From a bacterium (GTDB lineage Bacteria; Patescibacteriota; Patescibacteriia; JACPHY01): a stretch of DNA of 64,000 bases. A model generated the notes under the pieces. The model worked only from the letters and a program-made list of their open reading frames with translations. It made no database searches and was not told the DNA's origin. Where the stretch lies: the NCBI GenBank assembly GCA_030646955.1, contig JAUSKM010000028.1:1065-65064 (forward strand). The letters run 5' to 3'. Below are positions 7,934 through 17,409 of the stretch, piece after piece; position 1 is the stretch's first letter, and each line of letters opens with the position of its first letter. The position numbers and the translations under genes were made by a program.

Positions 7934-8180
7934 CGCTGCACGGTGCCGAGCCACGCGCTCGGCACCTCCCCACGCAAGATGAGTCATCATCTTCCGTGGG
8001 GAGGACAGCCTCCGATTCACAATCAACCCATTCCTTCCTCGTCATTTCGACCGAGTGCTGCTGTGCGCGAGTGGAGAAATTTCTGCATGTCGCAGTTCGT
8101 GTGATGTGTGAGATTGCTTCGTCGCGTGAGGCCGCGCTTCTCGCAATGACGGGAGGGAAAGAGAAAAGAGAGGAGATCCG

Positions 8181-9437
8181 ATGCGTGTATTCGCACTGGT
8201 GCTCATCATGGCCGCGATGTTCGCGGCGTGCGACAACGAGGACGAGCAGGAGGGTGCGCCGCTGTCCACGGAGGAGTGGACCACACTCCCGCCGTCCGAG
8301 GAGGCCTGCGGCAGCACCGAGCAGGCGTTGACCGTGAGCGACCTGATCAAGTACAGGCGCAAGCACCCGGTGAAGGTGCCGGCCTGGGCCGCCCCGGAGC
8401 CGACGTGCGAGCAACCCACGCTGCGCGTGGCAAACGTCGGCCCGACGGACGATCCCGAGGGCGAGTTCCTGGGCATTGCCGCCACCGTGACCGCGGGCAA
8501 CTGCAGCGTCACGGTGGAACACATCACGTTTTCTCTGCGCATGCGCATCGACGGCGTCGCACAGGCGGTGGGCGGTCCAAGCGACCTGCTCACCGGTGTG
8601 CGGATCGCCGCAGGCGACCCGGCCGGACTGCCCGGCGGCGCTCCGCTCGCGGATGCGCTGACGGAGGAGCTGTACAGCTATCCCGTTGGCGCGTACGCGC
8701 TGGCGTGGAGCACCTACGGCTCGTACCGCGACGATGCGGTAGCGGTGCCCGCGGGTGAGAGTCGCACCATCGGATTGTTCGCATCGCTTGGCACCGCCGC
8801 TCCCGCGACGTACCTCTTCAGCGTTAGCGGCGCCTCCGTGCGCATCGGCAACGAGGAGTACCCGCGCGAGTTTGGCGGTCCGCTCTTTGGCCTCCCGTTT
8901 CGCGTGACGGAGCCGCCGCCCGCGGTCTGCAAGCAGCCGTTCGTGAGCGTGTGGCCGCTGGCGCCCGAGGACAACACCTTCGGCGTGTCGCGCAAGCTCA
9001 TCGCCGAGGTTTTCGCTCCGGACTGCGACCTGCATCTCACGCGGTTCGATGTTTCGTTCCGCCGCGTGAACGACGTGGAGGGCGATGGCGGCGAGCAGTG
9101 GGCACTCTTCTCGTGGAGCCACCTGTCGAAAGTGGAAACGCTCGACCTCGCAGTCGGACTCAATGCCGATCCGGACGAGATCACACACATCTCCGTCCAA
9201 TCGGTCGAGGGGCTTTCCGGCGCGGTGATGCGAACGTTCAGCTCATGGGAAGGAATCCACGTCCCGGCCGGCGACAGCGCGATTTTCGAGATCGCCACGT
9301 CGCTGGACGCGGACATCCTTCCCGGTGAGTACCTGCTCGCCGTCGAACGGGTGGAGGGCACCGTGCTCGACACCGACGACGACGTGCAGCTCTACGGACT
9401 GCCCGCCTTCGGCATCCCGTTCACCATCTCGGAGTAG
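8181..9437 (+). CDS. Putative lipoprotein with two beta-rich internal repeats
   Basis: AGGAG SD; lipobox MFAAC; repeated VPAGE/DS...Y...GLPF/GIPF segments. Confidence 0.8.
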   Translation: MRVFALVLIMAAMFAACDNEDEQEGAPLSTEEWTTLPPSEEACGSTEQALTVSDLIKYRRKHPVKVPAWAAPEPTCEQPTLRVANVGPTDDPEGEFLGIAATVTAGNCSVTVEHITFSLRMRIDGVAQAVGGPSDLLTGVRIAAGDPAGLPGGAPLADALTEELYSYPVGAYALAWSTYGSYRDDAVAVPAGESRTIGLFASLGTAAPATYLFSVSGASVRIGNEEYPREFGGPLFGLPFRVTEPPPAVCKQPFVSVWPLAPEDNTFGVSRKLIAEVFAPDCDLHLTRFDVSFRRVNDVEGDGGEQWALFSWSHLSKVETLDLAVGLNADPDEITHISVQSVEGLSGAVMRTFSSWEGIHVPAGDSAIFEIATSLDADILPGEYLLAVERVEGTVLDTDDDVQLYGLPAFGIPFTISE

Positions 9438-9599
9438 CTCTTTCCGGTTCGATGCCGCGTGCGTACCAGCACGCGGCCCCACCTCTGCACTGGTTACACA
9501 ACCAGGATGGAGGTGGGAATGTACGGATAGCACCTTTAATCTGACGAGTCGGCTGCGTGGTGCAGCCGGGATTGTTTCGAAACGAAAGGAGAGGGAACG

Positions 9600-10547
9600 A
9601 TGCGAATGCGAAACGGTGTTCTCGTGGCGCTCTGCGTTGGACTGATCATGGGCTGCGCGGCGCGACAGCACTCGCTGGAGCCGGAGCTGTCCTACGCGCT
9701 GGATGCGGCACGCAACCCGCAGGAGGTGGCGTACGTCGGCAACAACCCGGAGCTCGCGATGCTGTTCGACGCGCTCGCGCGGCGGACCCCGAGTGCCTTC
9801 CGTGGCGTCAAGATGTCCAGCATCGCCGACGTCATGCAGGATTGCGACCCTGCGGATGGCACGCTCGCCTCCCACATCGCACCGACGCTCCACGGCATCG
9901 AGGTGACCGTGGAGGCAAGCTGCTTCGCGGGCAACACCTACGTGATGTCGAAGCGGTCAACGACCGTCGCGCTGACGACAGCGACCGTGCCGGATCCGGA
10001 CGTCGGACTGTCGGCGGAGGAGCTGCAGGAGCGATACCCGCGCATGGAGTACGAGAAGCTCCGGTCGCACAAACACAAGGATGCATGGTTCGCTCCGTTC
10101 GCGGGCGTGTATCACTTGCGGTATGCGCGCCCGCTCTCCGTGGTGCTCTCCGCCGAGAAGTTCGGCATCGAGACCGATTTCGTGCGCGCCGAGCAGCGGG
10201 TTGCGGTTACGTTTCGCCAGCGCTACGACATGCAGCTGGAGGGAAACGACTTCACGGAGGCGTCCGCAATCTACGCGGGCATCGTGGATGACTACGGCGA
10301 CGGCAACCACCTCGTCACTCCGTGGGAGTACGCGAAGTTCGAGGAGGACATCCTGCGTCTCGCGGCCATTCACCTCGGCCTCCTGGCAGATGCCGAAGTG
10401 CGTCGCATGCTGACGGAGCAGGGCGTGCGCGTCAACGAGGCGACGCAGTGGGTCGAGCGCGTCCGCGCGCTCCAGGAGACCTCGTTGGTAGTGCAGTTCC
10501 CCCCGCCCGACACGGACGCACCCGAAGACCTCAGCCGCTCCTTCTGA
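9600..10547 (+). CDS. Putative lipoprotein
   Basis: AAGGAG SD; signal peptide ending LIMGC. Confidence 0.8.
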   Translation: MRMRNGVLVALCVGLIMGCAARQHSLEPELSYALDAARNPQEVAYVGNNPELAMLFDALARRTPSAFRGVKMSSIADVMQDCDPADGTLASHIAPTLHGIEVTVEASCFAGNTYVMSKRSTTVALTTATVPDPDVGLSAEELQERYPRMEYEKLRSHKHKDAWFAPFAGVYHLRYARPLSVVLSAEKFGIETDFVRAEQRVAVTFRQRYDMQLEGNDFTEASAIYAGIVDDYGDGNHLVTPWEYAKFEEDILRLAAIHLGLLADAEVRRMLTEQGVRVNEATQWVERVRALQETSLVVQFPPPDTDAPEDLSRSF

Positions 10548-10683
10548 TCGTCCTTTTTTCCTTCCCCCGCCGCGTGCGTACCAGCACGCGGCCCCACCTC
10601 TGCACTGGTCATGGGACCAGGATGGAGGTGGGCAGTACCGATGTAAGTAGTACCTTCCAACGACGTTTGATGAAAGGAGGACC

Positions 10684-11262
10684 ATGAGCGATCAGGATCG
10701 TGCGAATGGTTCCGGTGGCGATGTGCGCAACGATTTCGATCAGTGGTTCTGGGACGTGTGCCTGCCGAACGCGATGGACGCAAAGCACGGCGCCGATACG
10801 GAACCGTACGATGCGGACGACACGTACTCCTGGGGTGACGATTTGTACCCCTGGGAGCAGGAGCAGGAGGACGCCGCCCAGGACGAGGCAGACACCATCT
10901 ACTACGATGAGCTGCAGGCGGACCTCGACAACATGGACGAGTGGCTGCGCGAGGAGGACGAGCGTAGGCAGCGCGACGAGGAAGATCGCAACGAATTCTT
11001 CATCTTCGCTCGGCAGCATCGCCTGCCCGCCCCGCTCCGCACCCAGTTCTTCACCTGCCTCGACGGCGAGCAGTGCGCTGGCATGAGCGGCGACGTGTAC
11101 CGGCGCAGCGCGAGGAATCGCAGCTGGGACCGCTACCAGCGGGACTGCAAGGACAAGACCCTCCGCTCCTGGAAGCGCTACCGCGAGCGGCAGTGGTGGC
11201 GATTCCCGTCGCGTGCGTGGATGCGGCACCACCCGGGCCTCGACGAGTGGCCGAACGTTTGA
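10684..11262 (+). CDS. Hypothetical protein, acidic N-terminal half and Arg/Trp-rich C-terminal half
   Basis: AAGGAGG SD; coding-like codon usage. Confidence 0.75.
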   Translation: MSDQDRANGSGGDVRNDFDQWFWDVCLPNAMDAKHGADTEPYDADDTYSWGDDLYPWEQEQEDAAQDEADTIYYDELQADLDNMDEWLREEDERRQRDEEDRNEFFIFARQHRLPAPLRTQFFTCLDGEQCAGMSGDVYRRSARNRSWDRYQRDCKDKTLRSWKRYRERQWWRFPSRAWMRHHPGLDEWPNV

Positions 11263-11402
11263 TGATCGTAGTTGCCGACCCTCATGGTCGGCAACTCCCC
11301 TGAGCCATCGCACAACGATGGTTCAGGGGAGGAAGTCCTCCGCGTTTTACAACCCCTGGCACTCACGTGCCAGCTTCAGAGGAAGAAAGAAAGGAGTTCC
11401 CG

Positions 11403-12269
11403 ATGCGAAGCATCATGGTGCTCACCCTGGCCGCGGCGCTGGCCGCGTGTGCTGGGACGCAGCAGGAGAGCATGACAACCGTAGACACCGGCAACAGCGG
11501 CATGACCGCGACGCAGTACGCCGTGGCCGAGATGGGACCGTCGGTCTGCTCGGTCGAGGATATCAGCGACGTGCTGACGCAGGCCCTCCGCACCGAGGAA
11601 GATGTGCGCGAGTTCCAGCGCGGGTGCGGCATCAATCCGAGCACGGGCGTGCTGGATGACGCAACGGGCTCGTGCATCCATTCCACCGCGAGCACGATCC
11701 TGCAGGCGCGTCGCGAGCTGGGCATGTGCAGCGAGACGCCGGAGCCGCACGGCTCGGCCGAGGATCTGGTCCGCGATCTCCGCGAGTCGCTCGCGCAGGT
11801 GCCGCCCCCGCTCGGACCGATGCCCAGCGTGTCGCCGCTTCCCGCGGAGCTCCGGTTCGCCGCGTGGAGCGGGTTCGCCATCGTGAGCCTCGATCACGCG
11901 CCGCCGCGGGCTGCGGCGCTCGATGCGAACGGCCCCATCACGCAGGACGCGTTTTCTCGGGGTGTGGAGCTCCAGGCCGAGCAGATTCCCGGCGGCGGGT
12001 GGTGCTTCCCGGTTCCCGGGAGCATGACCTTCCGCGCGATCTGCTCGTCCGATAACGGCGTGTGGGGTGAGGTCGCGGTTCGCGATAGCGAGTTTGCCGG
12101 GCATACGCTCAACGTGCGTGCGACCAAGTATCCGATGTCGGGCCTCATCGCGTGCAGCGGCGATATCTGCGGCAACGTCTACAGCCTTGCCACCGACGAT
12201 GTTGTCGGGTGCAGCGGCCCGCGCTGCCGCGAGCTGTTCGACCGGAACCTGCGACCCAAGTCCGAGTAG
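11403..12269 (+). CDS. Putative lipoprotein (paralog of 7022-7933)
   Basis: AAGGAG SD; lipobox LAAC; shared Cys-rich C-terminal domain. Confidence 0.8.
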   Translation: MRSIMVLTLAAALAACAGTQQESMTTVDTGNSGMTATQYAVAEMGPSVCSVEDISDVLTQALRTEEDVREFQRGCGINPSTGVLDDATGSCIHSTASTILQARRELGMCSETPEPHGSAEDLVRDLRESLAQVPPPLGPMPSVSPLPAELRFAAWSGFAIVSLDHAPPRAAALDANGPITQDAFSRGVELQAEQIPGGGWCFPVPGSMTFRAICSSDNGVWGEVAVRDSEFAGHTLNVRATKYPMSGLIACSGDICGNVYSLATDDVVGCSGPRCRELFDRNLRPKSE

Positions 12270-12693
12270 CACCCGCCACGCTCCGAAGTTCTTTCCCGGT
12301 GCCGACCCTCATGGTCGGCACCTCCCCCCGGCACGCTATCGCATGCATGTGCAATTGCAGATAGCAGACCGAGGGGAGGGAGGTCTCCGCTTCACAATTC
12401 TTGGCGCTCACGCGCCAGCTTCAGAGGAAGAAAGAAAAGAAAGGAGTTCCCGATGCGCAGCGCGCGGATCATTGGGCGCGCAAACGGGACGCGCGGCAGC
12501 AAGCGCGCAGGCACCGCGACCTCGCGTCGCGGCAGCGAGATATGATGATGTCTGAGCAGGACATCGCAGACGAGCGGCTGCAAGCAGCACGCAAATGAAA
12601 ACTGTCAGGCCCGAGACATCGGGCCTTTCCACCAGTGATGATTTCTGGCATCATTGAGGGGAGGGAAGCGAATAAAATTGCGAGTCGGAACTT

Positions 12694-12788
12694 GCAAGAG
12701 GGACGGGTAGGTGATGGCGGTTGTGGCGACCGTACGCAAGTCGGTTTCCAGAGCCAACTCTCTCCTCCTATCACCTACCCATCTCTGC
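12694..12788 (+). ncRNA. Candidate rod-like small RNA at the end of the array
   Basis: GGGTAGGTGATGG pairs with CTATCACCTACCC; large internal loop; apical GACCG/CGGTT hairpin; terminator follows immediately. Confidence 0.45.
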
Positions 12789-12821
12789 AGAGAAGCCCCA
12801 TGGAGGGCTTCTCTGTTTTTT
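12788..12821 (+). terminator. Rho-independent terminator closing the first array
   Basis: CAGAGAAGCCC-CATGGA-GGGCTTCTCTG followed by TTTTTT. Confidence 0.85.
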
Positions 12822-13240
12822 GTTTTGGGTGAGATTGCTTCGGGTGCTCGCAATGACGAGAATGGTAGGAGTGCGTGAAATGGTATGAGAGCGAGCAGCG
12901 AGGATCCAGCAGCCAGCACCTCTCCTTGACGCCGCCGGCTGATGCGCAACGATGGAGGTGCGCGTACTCATGAACAGCAATTGTTATGGAACAGGAAACG
13001 TGCGGATCGTGTGATTGCGGGAAGGCCGCGGAGACGGGTGTATGCTGCGGCGCCGGATGCGGGGCGGCATGCGGGACAGGCCATGATGATGCGAAAGATT
13101 GCGCGTGCGATGCGCATGGAACAACAGAGGCAAGCAAGAGCGACGCGGCGGCGTAGACACGACAGCGTTCCCTGTGGGAGTGCTGCCTGTTGTACACGAG
13201 GACTCTTTCGGTTTTTCTGCCGGCGTTCACCCCATCTGAT

Positions 13241-13362
13241 CCCCTCCCTCTCCGCGTACACGGGGAGAGGGAGGGAGAGGTGGGGCGATATCGCACCATC
13301 GCACAGCCAAGCATAGCCACCTCTCCCCCCTCCCCCCACGAGTACGTACGGGGAGGGGGAGG
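13241..13362. repeat. ~120-bp GC-rich two-hairpin palindromic element
   Basis: Reverse-complement copy at about 34347-34462 shares TCGCACCATCGCACAGCCA.GCATAGCCACCTCTCCCCC; related hairpins at 22980-23030, 23135-23182 and 58550-58590, and inside CDSs at 59761-59890, 62155-62188 and 62451-62479. Confidence 0.8.
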
Positions 13363-13415
13363 ATAAGAAGCGTGCTTGGCGACACAAAAGCCGAAAGAAC
13401 CTACACTAGGAGAGT

Positions 13416-13874
13416 ATGAACATCGTCATCGGGGCGGACTACCGCGGATACAAGCGGAAGGAAGAGCTGAAAGCGTGGCTTGCGGAGCAGGGACATGTGG
13501 TGGAGGATCTTGGCTGCGAAACGGCCGAGGAGAATTCGTTCGTGCCGTACGCGGCGGCGGTGGCGCAGCGGGTTGCGCACGATAGCAATGTGTTGGGCAT
13601 CGTGATCTGCGGCTCCGGCGCGGGCGTGACGATTGCCGCAAACAAGGTGGCGGGCGCGCGTGCTGTGCTGGCGCAATCGCCGGAGGTGGCGGAGCATGGC
13701 CGTCGCTCGGACGATATGAACATTCTTGCGCTCTCCGCGGATTTCACCTCCTTTGCGTCTTCGCGTGCTATCGTTCGTGCGTTCTTGGAAACGGAATTTG
13801 AACCCTTGGAGCGCCGGGTGCAGCGGCTGGAGCAGATCGCCGCACTGGAGCGCGGGGAATCGGCGCACTCCTAG
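13416..13874 (+). CDS. rpiB: Ribose-5-phosphate isomerase B (RpiB/LacAB family)
   Basis: Motifs IGADYRG, GIVICGSGAG, AANKVAGARA and DDMNILAL. Confidence 0.92.
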   Translation: MNIVIGADYRGYKRKEELKAWLAEQGHVVEDLGCETAEENSFVPYAAAVAQRVAHDSNVLGIVICGSGAGVTIAANKVAGARAVLAQSPEVAEHGRRSDDMNILALSADFTSFASSRAIVRAFLETEFEPLERRVQRLEQIAALERGESAHS

Positions 13875-13980
13875 CCAGCAGTTTTTAGATGCTCGCTCTC
13901 AGGGCGTAGCGGAGGCCTTCAGGCCTCCATCCCCTTCGGAATTATGGAGACCGTAAGGTCTCCGCTACACAGGACGCATC

Positions 13981-14646
13981 ATGCGCACCCCACAGCATCC
14001 CACCATCGTTCCAACCATTCTGGTAAAAGGCGAGCGCGAGTTTCGTGATCGGGTTCGTGCGGTGGCCGGCGTTGCGCCCATCGTGCATATTGATGTTATG
14101 GACGGGGCGTTCGTGCCGCGCAGGACGTGGGCAAATCCAAAAGTTATCGCGAAGCTGCGCGGCGCTGTGCGGTTTGCGGTGCACCTCATGGTGCGCGAGC
14201 CGTCTCCAATACTTGCGGCGTGGGCGAAGATTGCGCGCGTGGAGACCATTATCGTACACGCAGGGGCAACGAAGCGGCTCCCGGAGTTGCTGGCGGATGT
14301 GCATCTCACGGGGAAACGCGTGGGGCTTGCGGTGAATCCTGAGACACCGCTCTATCAGATTCTCCCGGCGCTTCCGTATGCGGACGAAGTGCTGCTCATG
14401 GCCAACGCACCGGGATTTTCCGGGCGTCCGTTTCTGCCAAAGACGCTCGCGCGTATTGCGACACTGCGCAGCCGCGCGCCGGAGCTTGTGATCGGCGTGG
14501 ACATTGGCGTGAATCTGGAGACCGCGCCGCAGATTGCCGCAGCCGGGGCAACGTACGCAGCCGCAGGGAGTGCGATTTTTGATGCGGAGGATCCCGCAAG
14601 GGCGTACCGCGCACTGGTGCGAGCGTTTCAGGGTGGGCGAGGTTGA
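13981..14646 (+). CDS. rpe: Ribulose-phosphate 3-epimerase
   Basis: Motifs HIDVMDGAFVP, VHLMV, GLAVNPETP, PGFSG, VDIGVN and GSAIF. Confidence 0.92.
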   Translation: MRTPQHPTIVPTILVKGEREFRDRVRAVAGVAPIVHIDVMDGAFVPRRTWANPKVIAKLRGAVRFAVHLMVREPSPILAAWAKIARVETIIVHAGATKRLPELLADVHLTGKRVGLAVNPETPLYQILPALPYADEVLLMANAPGFSGRPFLPKTLARIATLRSRAPELVIGVDIGVNLETAPQIAAAGATYAAAGSAIFDAEDPARAYRALVRAFQGGRG

Positions 14647-14760
14647 TTTCGTAAACGGAAGTATCTAATCCATCTGTCATTGCGAGTCCACGAAGCAATC
14701 CCGGCGGTGCCCGACGAACATCGAGATTGCTTCGAGTACTCGCAATGACATGCGTCTTGT

Positions 14761-15333
14761 ATGTCCAAGTATCTTCTCACCGCTGCGGCGGCGATCGTAT
14801 TGCTGGGTGCGGGGTGCGTCAGATCACAGCCCGCGCCGGAGCCGGCGGCACAGCAAGAAGCCGCAACGTTCATTGATCCCTCCGCGTCGCAATTGCCAGA
14901 CCTCACGCAGGCACCGCAGGCGCCGCCTACTGCGGCAGATGCAACGCCAACGATTCCCATCCCGCCGCCCAGCGCCTCGCCCGCGTCTACGGATGCCCCG
15001 CCCATCCTGCCGCCGCTGCCGGATGACAAGGGTGACAACGTGAACGCCTCACCGCGCCCCTCCCGCACGATTGTAGTGACCGCGAAGAAGTGGGCGTTTG
15101 AGCCCGCAGAGATCCGCATCACGAAGGGCGAGACGGTAGTGCTTGAGGTCAAGAGCGTTGACGTAGACCACGGCCTCCTCATCCCCGCGCTGAACATCAA
15201 TGAGAAACTGGAGTCGGGAAAGACGGTCCGCATCGAGCTGACGCCCAACGAGGCGGGTACCTTCCCCATGATTTGCAACGTTTACTGCGGTGCGAATCAC
15301 TCCTCCATGCGTGGGACGATTATCGTGGAGTGA
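14761..15333 (+). CDS. Cupredoxin-domain lipoprotein
   Basis: LLGAGC lipobox, Pro-rich linker, DVDHGL and CNVYCGANHSSM copper-binding motif. Confidence 0.85.
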   Translation: MSKYLLTAAAAIVLLGAGCVRSQPAPEPAAQQEAATFIDPSASQLPDLTQAPQAPPTAADATPTIPIPPPSASPASTDAPPILPPLPDDKGDNVNASPRPSRTIVVTAKKWAFEPAEIRITKGETVVLEVKSVDVDHGLLIPALNINEKLESGKTVRIELTPNEAGTFPMICNVYCGANHSSMRGTIIVE

Positions 15334-15430
15334 GCGCAGCGTGCGCCATCACAACATCAGGAGGCCTCCGGGCCCCCTGATGTTTGTTTGTGGACGCACC
15401 ACGCGCCATCATGCGGTACAATGGAAGCGT

Positions 15431-16276
15431 ATGACCATTCGTCAGATGGAACGGAAGGCGAACGCGATTCGGCAAGATCTCGTCACGATGCTTACCGCGG
15501 CAGGATCGGGCCACTCGGCAGGCCCCCTGGGCATGGCGGATGTGTTTACCGCGTTGTACTTTTCCGTGCTCACGCACGATCCCAAGCATCCGGACGATCC
15601 GGAACGTGATCGGCTATTCCTCTCCAACGGACACATTTGTCCAATTTGGTACACGACGCTTGCGCACGCAGGATACTTGCCGCGCCGCGAGATGCTGACG
15701 ACGCTGCGCACGATGGGCAGTCGCCTGCAGGGCCACCCGCATCGCAAGGCGCTGCCGCCCATCGAGAATCCCGCCGGGCCATTGGGGCAGGGACTCTCGC
15801 AGGCCGCGGGGTACGCGTACGCTGCGCGCATCGATCATGCAAAGTTTCAAGTGTACTGCGTGCTCTCGGACGGCGAGCACGAGGAAGGGCAGACATGGGA
15901 GGCCATCATGTTTGCGGGCAAGCACCGGTTGGCAAGCATCACCGCCATCGTGGACCGCAATAATATCCAGATTGACGGGTACACAGAGGACATCATGCCG
16001 CTGGAGCCGCTGCGCGCTAAGTACGAGGCATTCAACTGGCACGTCATCGAGGTAGACGGGCACAACATGGAGGAGATCATCGACGCATGCAGCCTGGCGA
16101 AAGCAATCGTTGAGAAGCCCGTTGCGATTCTCGCGCACACGATTCCCGGCAAGGGCGTGGACTTCATGGAGTTTGATTACGTCTGGCACGGCAAGCCCCC
16201 AAACAGCACTGAAGCCCGCGACGCCCTCCACCAACTCCGCACGCTGGGCGGGAGGATTGTGGGGGAGCATGAGTAA
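15431..16276 (+). CDS. Transketolase, N-terminal subunit
   Basis: Motifs SGHSAG, DRLFLSNGH, LQGHP and TPP-binding SDGEHEEGQTWEA...DRNNIQIDG. Confidence 0.93.
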   Translation: MTIRQMERKANAIRQDLVTMLTAAGSGHSAGPLGMADVFTALYFSVLTHDPKHPDDPERDRLFLSNGHICPIWYTTLAHAGYLPRREMLTTLRTMGSRLQGHPHRKALPPIENPAGPLGQGLSQAAGYAYAARIDHAKFQVYCVLSDGEHEEGQTWEAIMFAGKHRLASITAIVDRNNIQIDGYTEDIMPLEPLRAKYEAFNWHVIEVDGHNMEEIIDACSLAKAIVEKPVAILAHTIPGKGVDFMEFDYVWHGKPPNSTEARDALHQLRTLGGRIVGEHE

Positions 16277-17396
16277 TCCTATGCTCGTCAAGTCACTCAA
16301 CCCGAAACTCTTCCAGAAGAATGTCGCGATGATCCCCACCCGCAATGGGTATGGGGAGGGATTGGTGGAAGCGGGGAAGCGGGATGGCAATGTGGTGGTG
16401 CTGTGTTGCGATCTGACAGAGTCCACGCGGTCGCAAGCGTTTGCGGAGCAGTTCCCGGAGCGGTTTGTGCAGGTGGGGGTGGCGGAGCAGAACATGGCGG
16501 GGCTTGCCGCGGGTATGGCGGCGTATGGGAAGGTGCCGTTCACGTCGAGCTATGCGGTGTTCTCGCCGGGGCGCAATTGGGATCAGACGCGCGTGGCGAT
16601 TGCGTATGGGGAGGCGAACGTGAAGATCGCGGGCGCGCACGCGGGCATCTCCGTGGGGCCGGACGGTGCGACGCACCAGGCATTGGAGGACCTGGCAATC
16701 ATGCGCGTGCTTCCGGGGATGGTGGTGCTTGCGCCGTGCGATGCGATCGAGGCAAAGAAAGCAGTGATCGCCGCTGCGGAGCATCGCGGGCCGGTGTACT
16801 TGCGGTTCACGCGCGAGAAGACGCCGATCATCACCACGCCGCGTGCGCCGTTTTCCATTGGGCGCGCGCAGGTGCTGCGCAAGGGGACGGATGCAACCAT
16901 CATCGCGGCGGGGCCGCTGGTGTTTGAAGCGTTGCTGGCCGCGGAGGCGTTGGCGGGGAACCGCACCGCGCTCGCGCGTATTGTGGAGCGCTACCCCGCG
17001 CTCTCCAAGCGTGTGAAGACATCCGCGCTCCACGGGCACTCCATGCAGCGCGCCAAGCAGGCGGTGCGATGGACGCCCGCGAGTATCCGCGATCTCCTGG
17101 CGCATGCGGGGCGCATGGACATTGAGGTCATCAATTGCCCGTCCATCAAGCCGCTGGACCACGGTGCCATCGTGGCAAGCGCCAAAAAGACCGGCCGCGT
17201 CATCACGGTGGAGGAGCACCAGATCACCGGCGGCCTCTTTGGCGCCATCGCAGAGCTTTTGGCGCGCCATCATCCCGTGCCTATCACCCCCATCGGCATG
17301 CCAAACTCCTTTGGCGAGAGCGGCGAACCGATGGAGCTTTTGGAGAAGTACGGCATGACCGCACCGCACGTCATCGCAGCGCTCATTCAGCAGTAA
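16269..17396 (+). CDS. Transketolase, C-terminal subunit, with a ~50-aa insertion
   Basis: Motifs GVAEQNM, GPDGATHQALED, GPVYLRF, IKPLD and TVEEHQITGG. Confidence 0.93.
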   Translation: MSNPMLVKSLNPKLFQKNVAMIPTRNGYGEGLVEAGKRDGNVVVLCCDLTESTRSQAFAEQFPERFVQVGVAEQNMAGLAAGMAAYGKVPFTSSYAVFSPGRNWDQTRVAIAYGEANVKIAGAHAGISVGPDGATHQALEDLAIMRVLPGMVVLAPCDAIEAKKAVIAAAEHRGPVYLRFTREKTPIITTPRAPFSIGRAQVLRKGTDATIIAAGPLVFEALLAAEALAGNRTALARIVERYPALSKRVKTSALHGHSMQRAKQAVRWTPASIRDLLAHAGRMDIEVINCPSIKPLDHGAIVASAKKTGRVITVEEHQITGGLFGAIAELLARHHPVPITPIGMPNSFGESGEPMELLEKYGMTAPHVIAALIQQ

Positions 17397-17409
17397 CCCC
17401 CGCACGCAT

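Noticed and set aside
104-12400. CRISPR array or classical integron cassette array
   Set aside because: Repeats are not identical direct repeats with 30-40-nt spacers, they lack the attC RYYYAAC/GTTRRRY ends, and no cas or integrase gene is in the window
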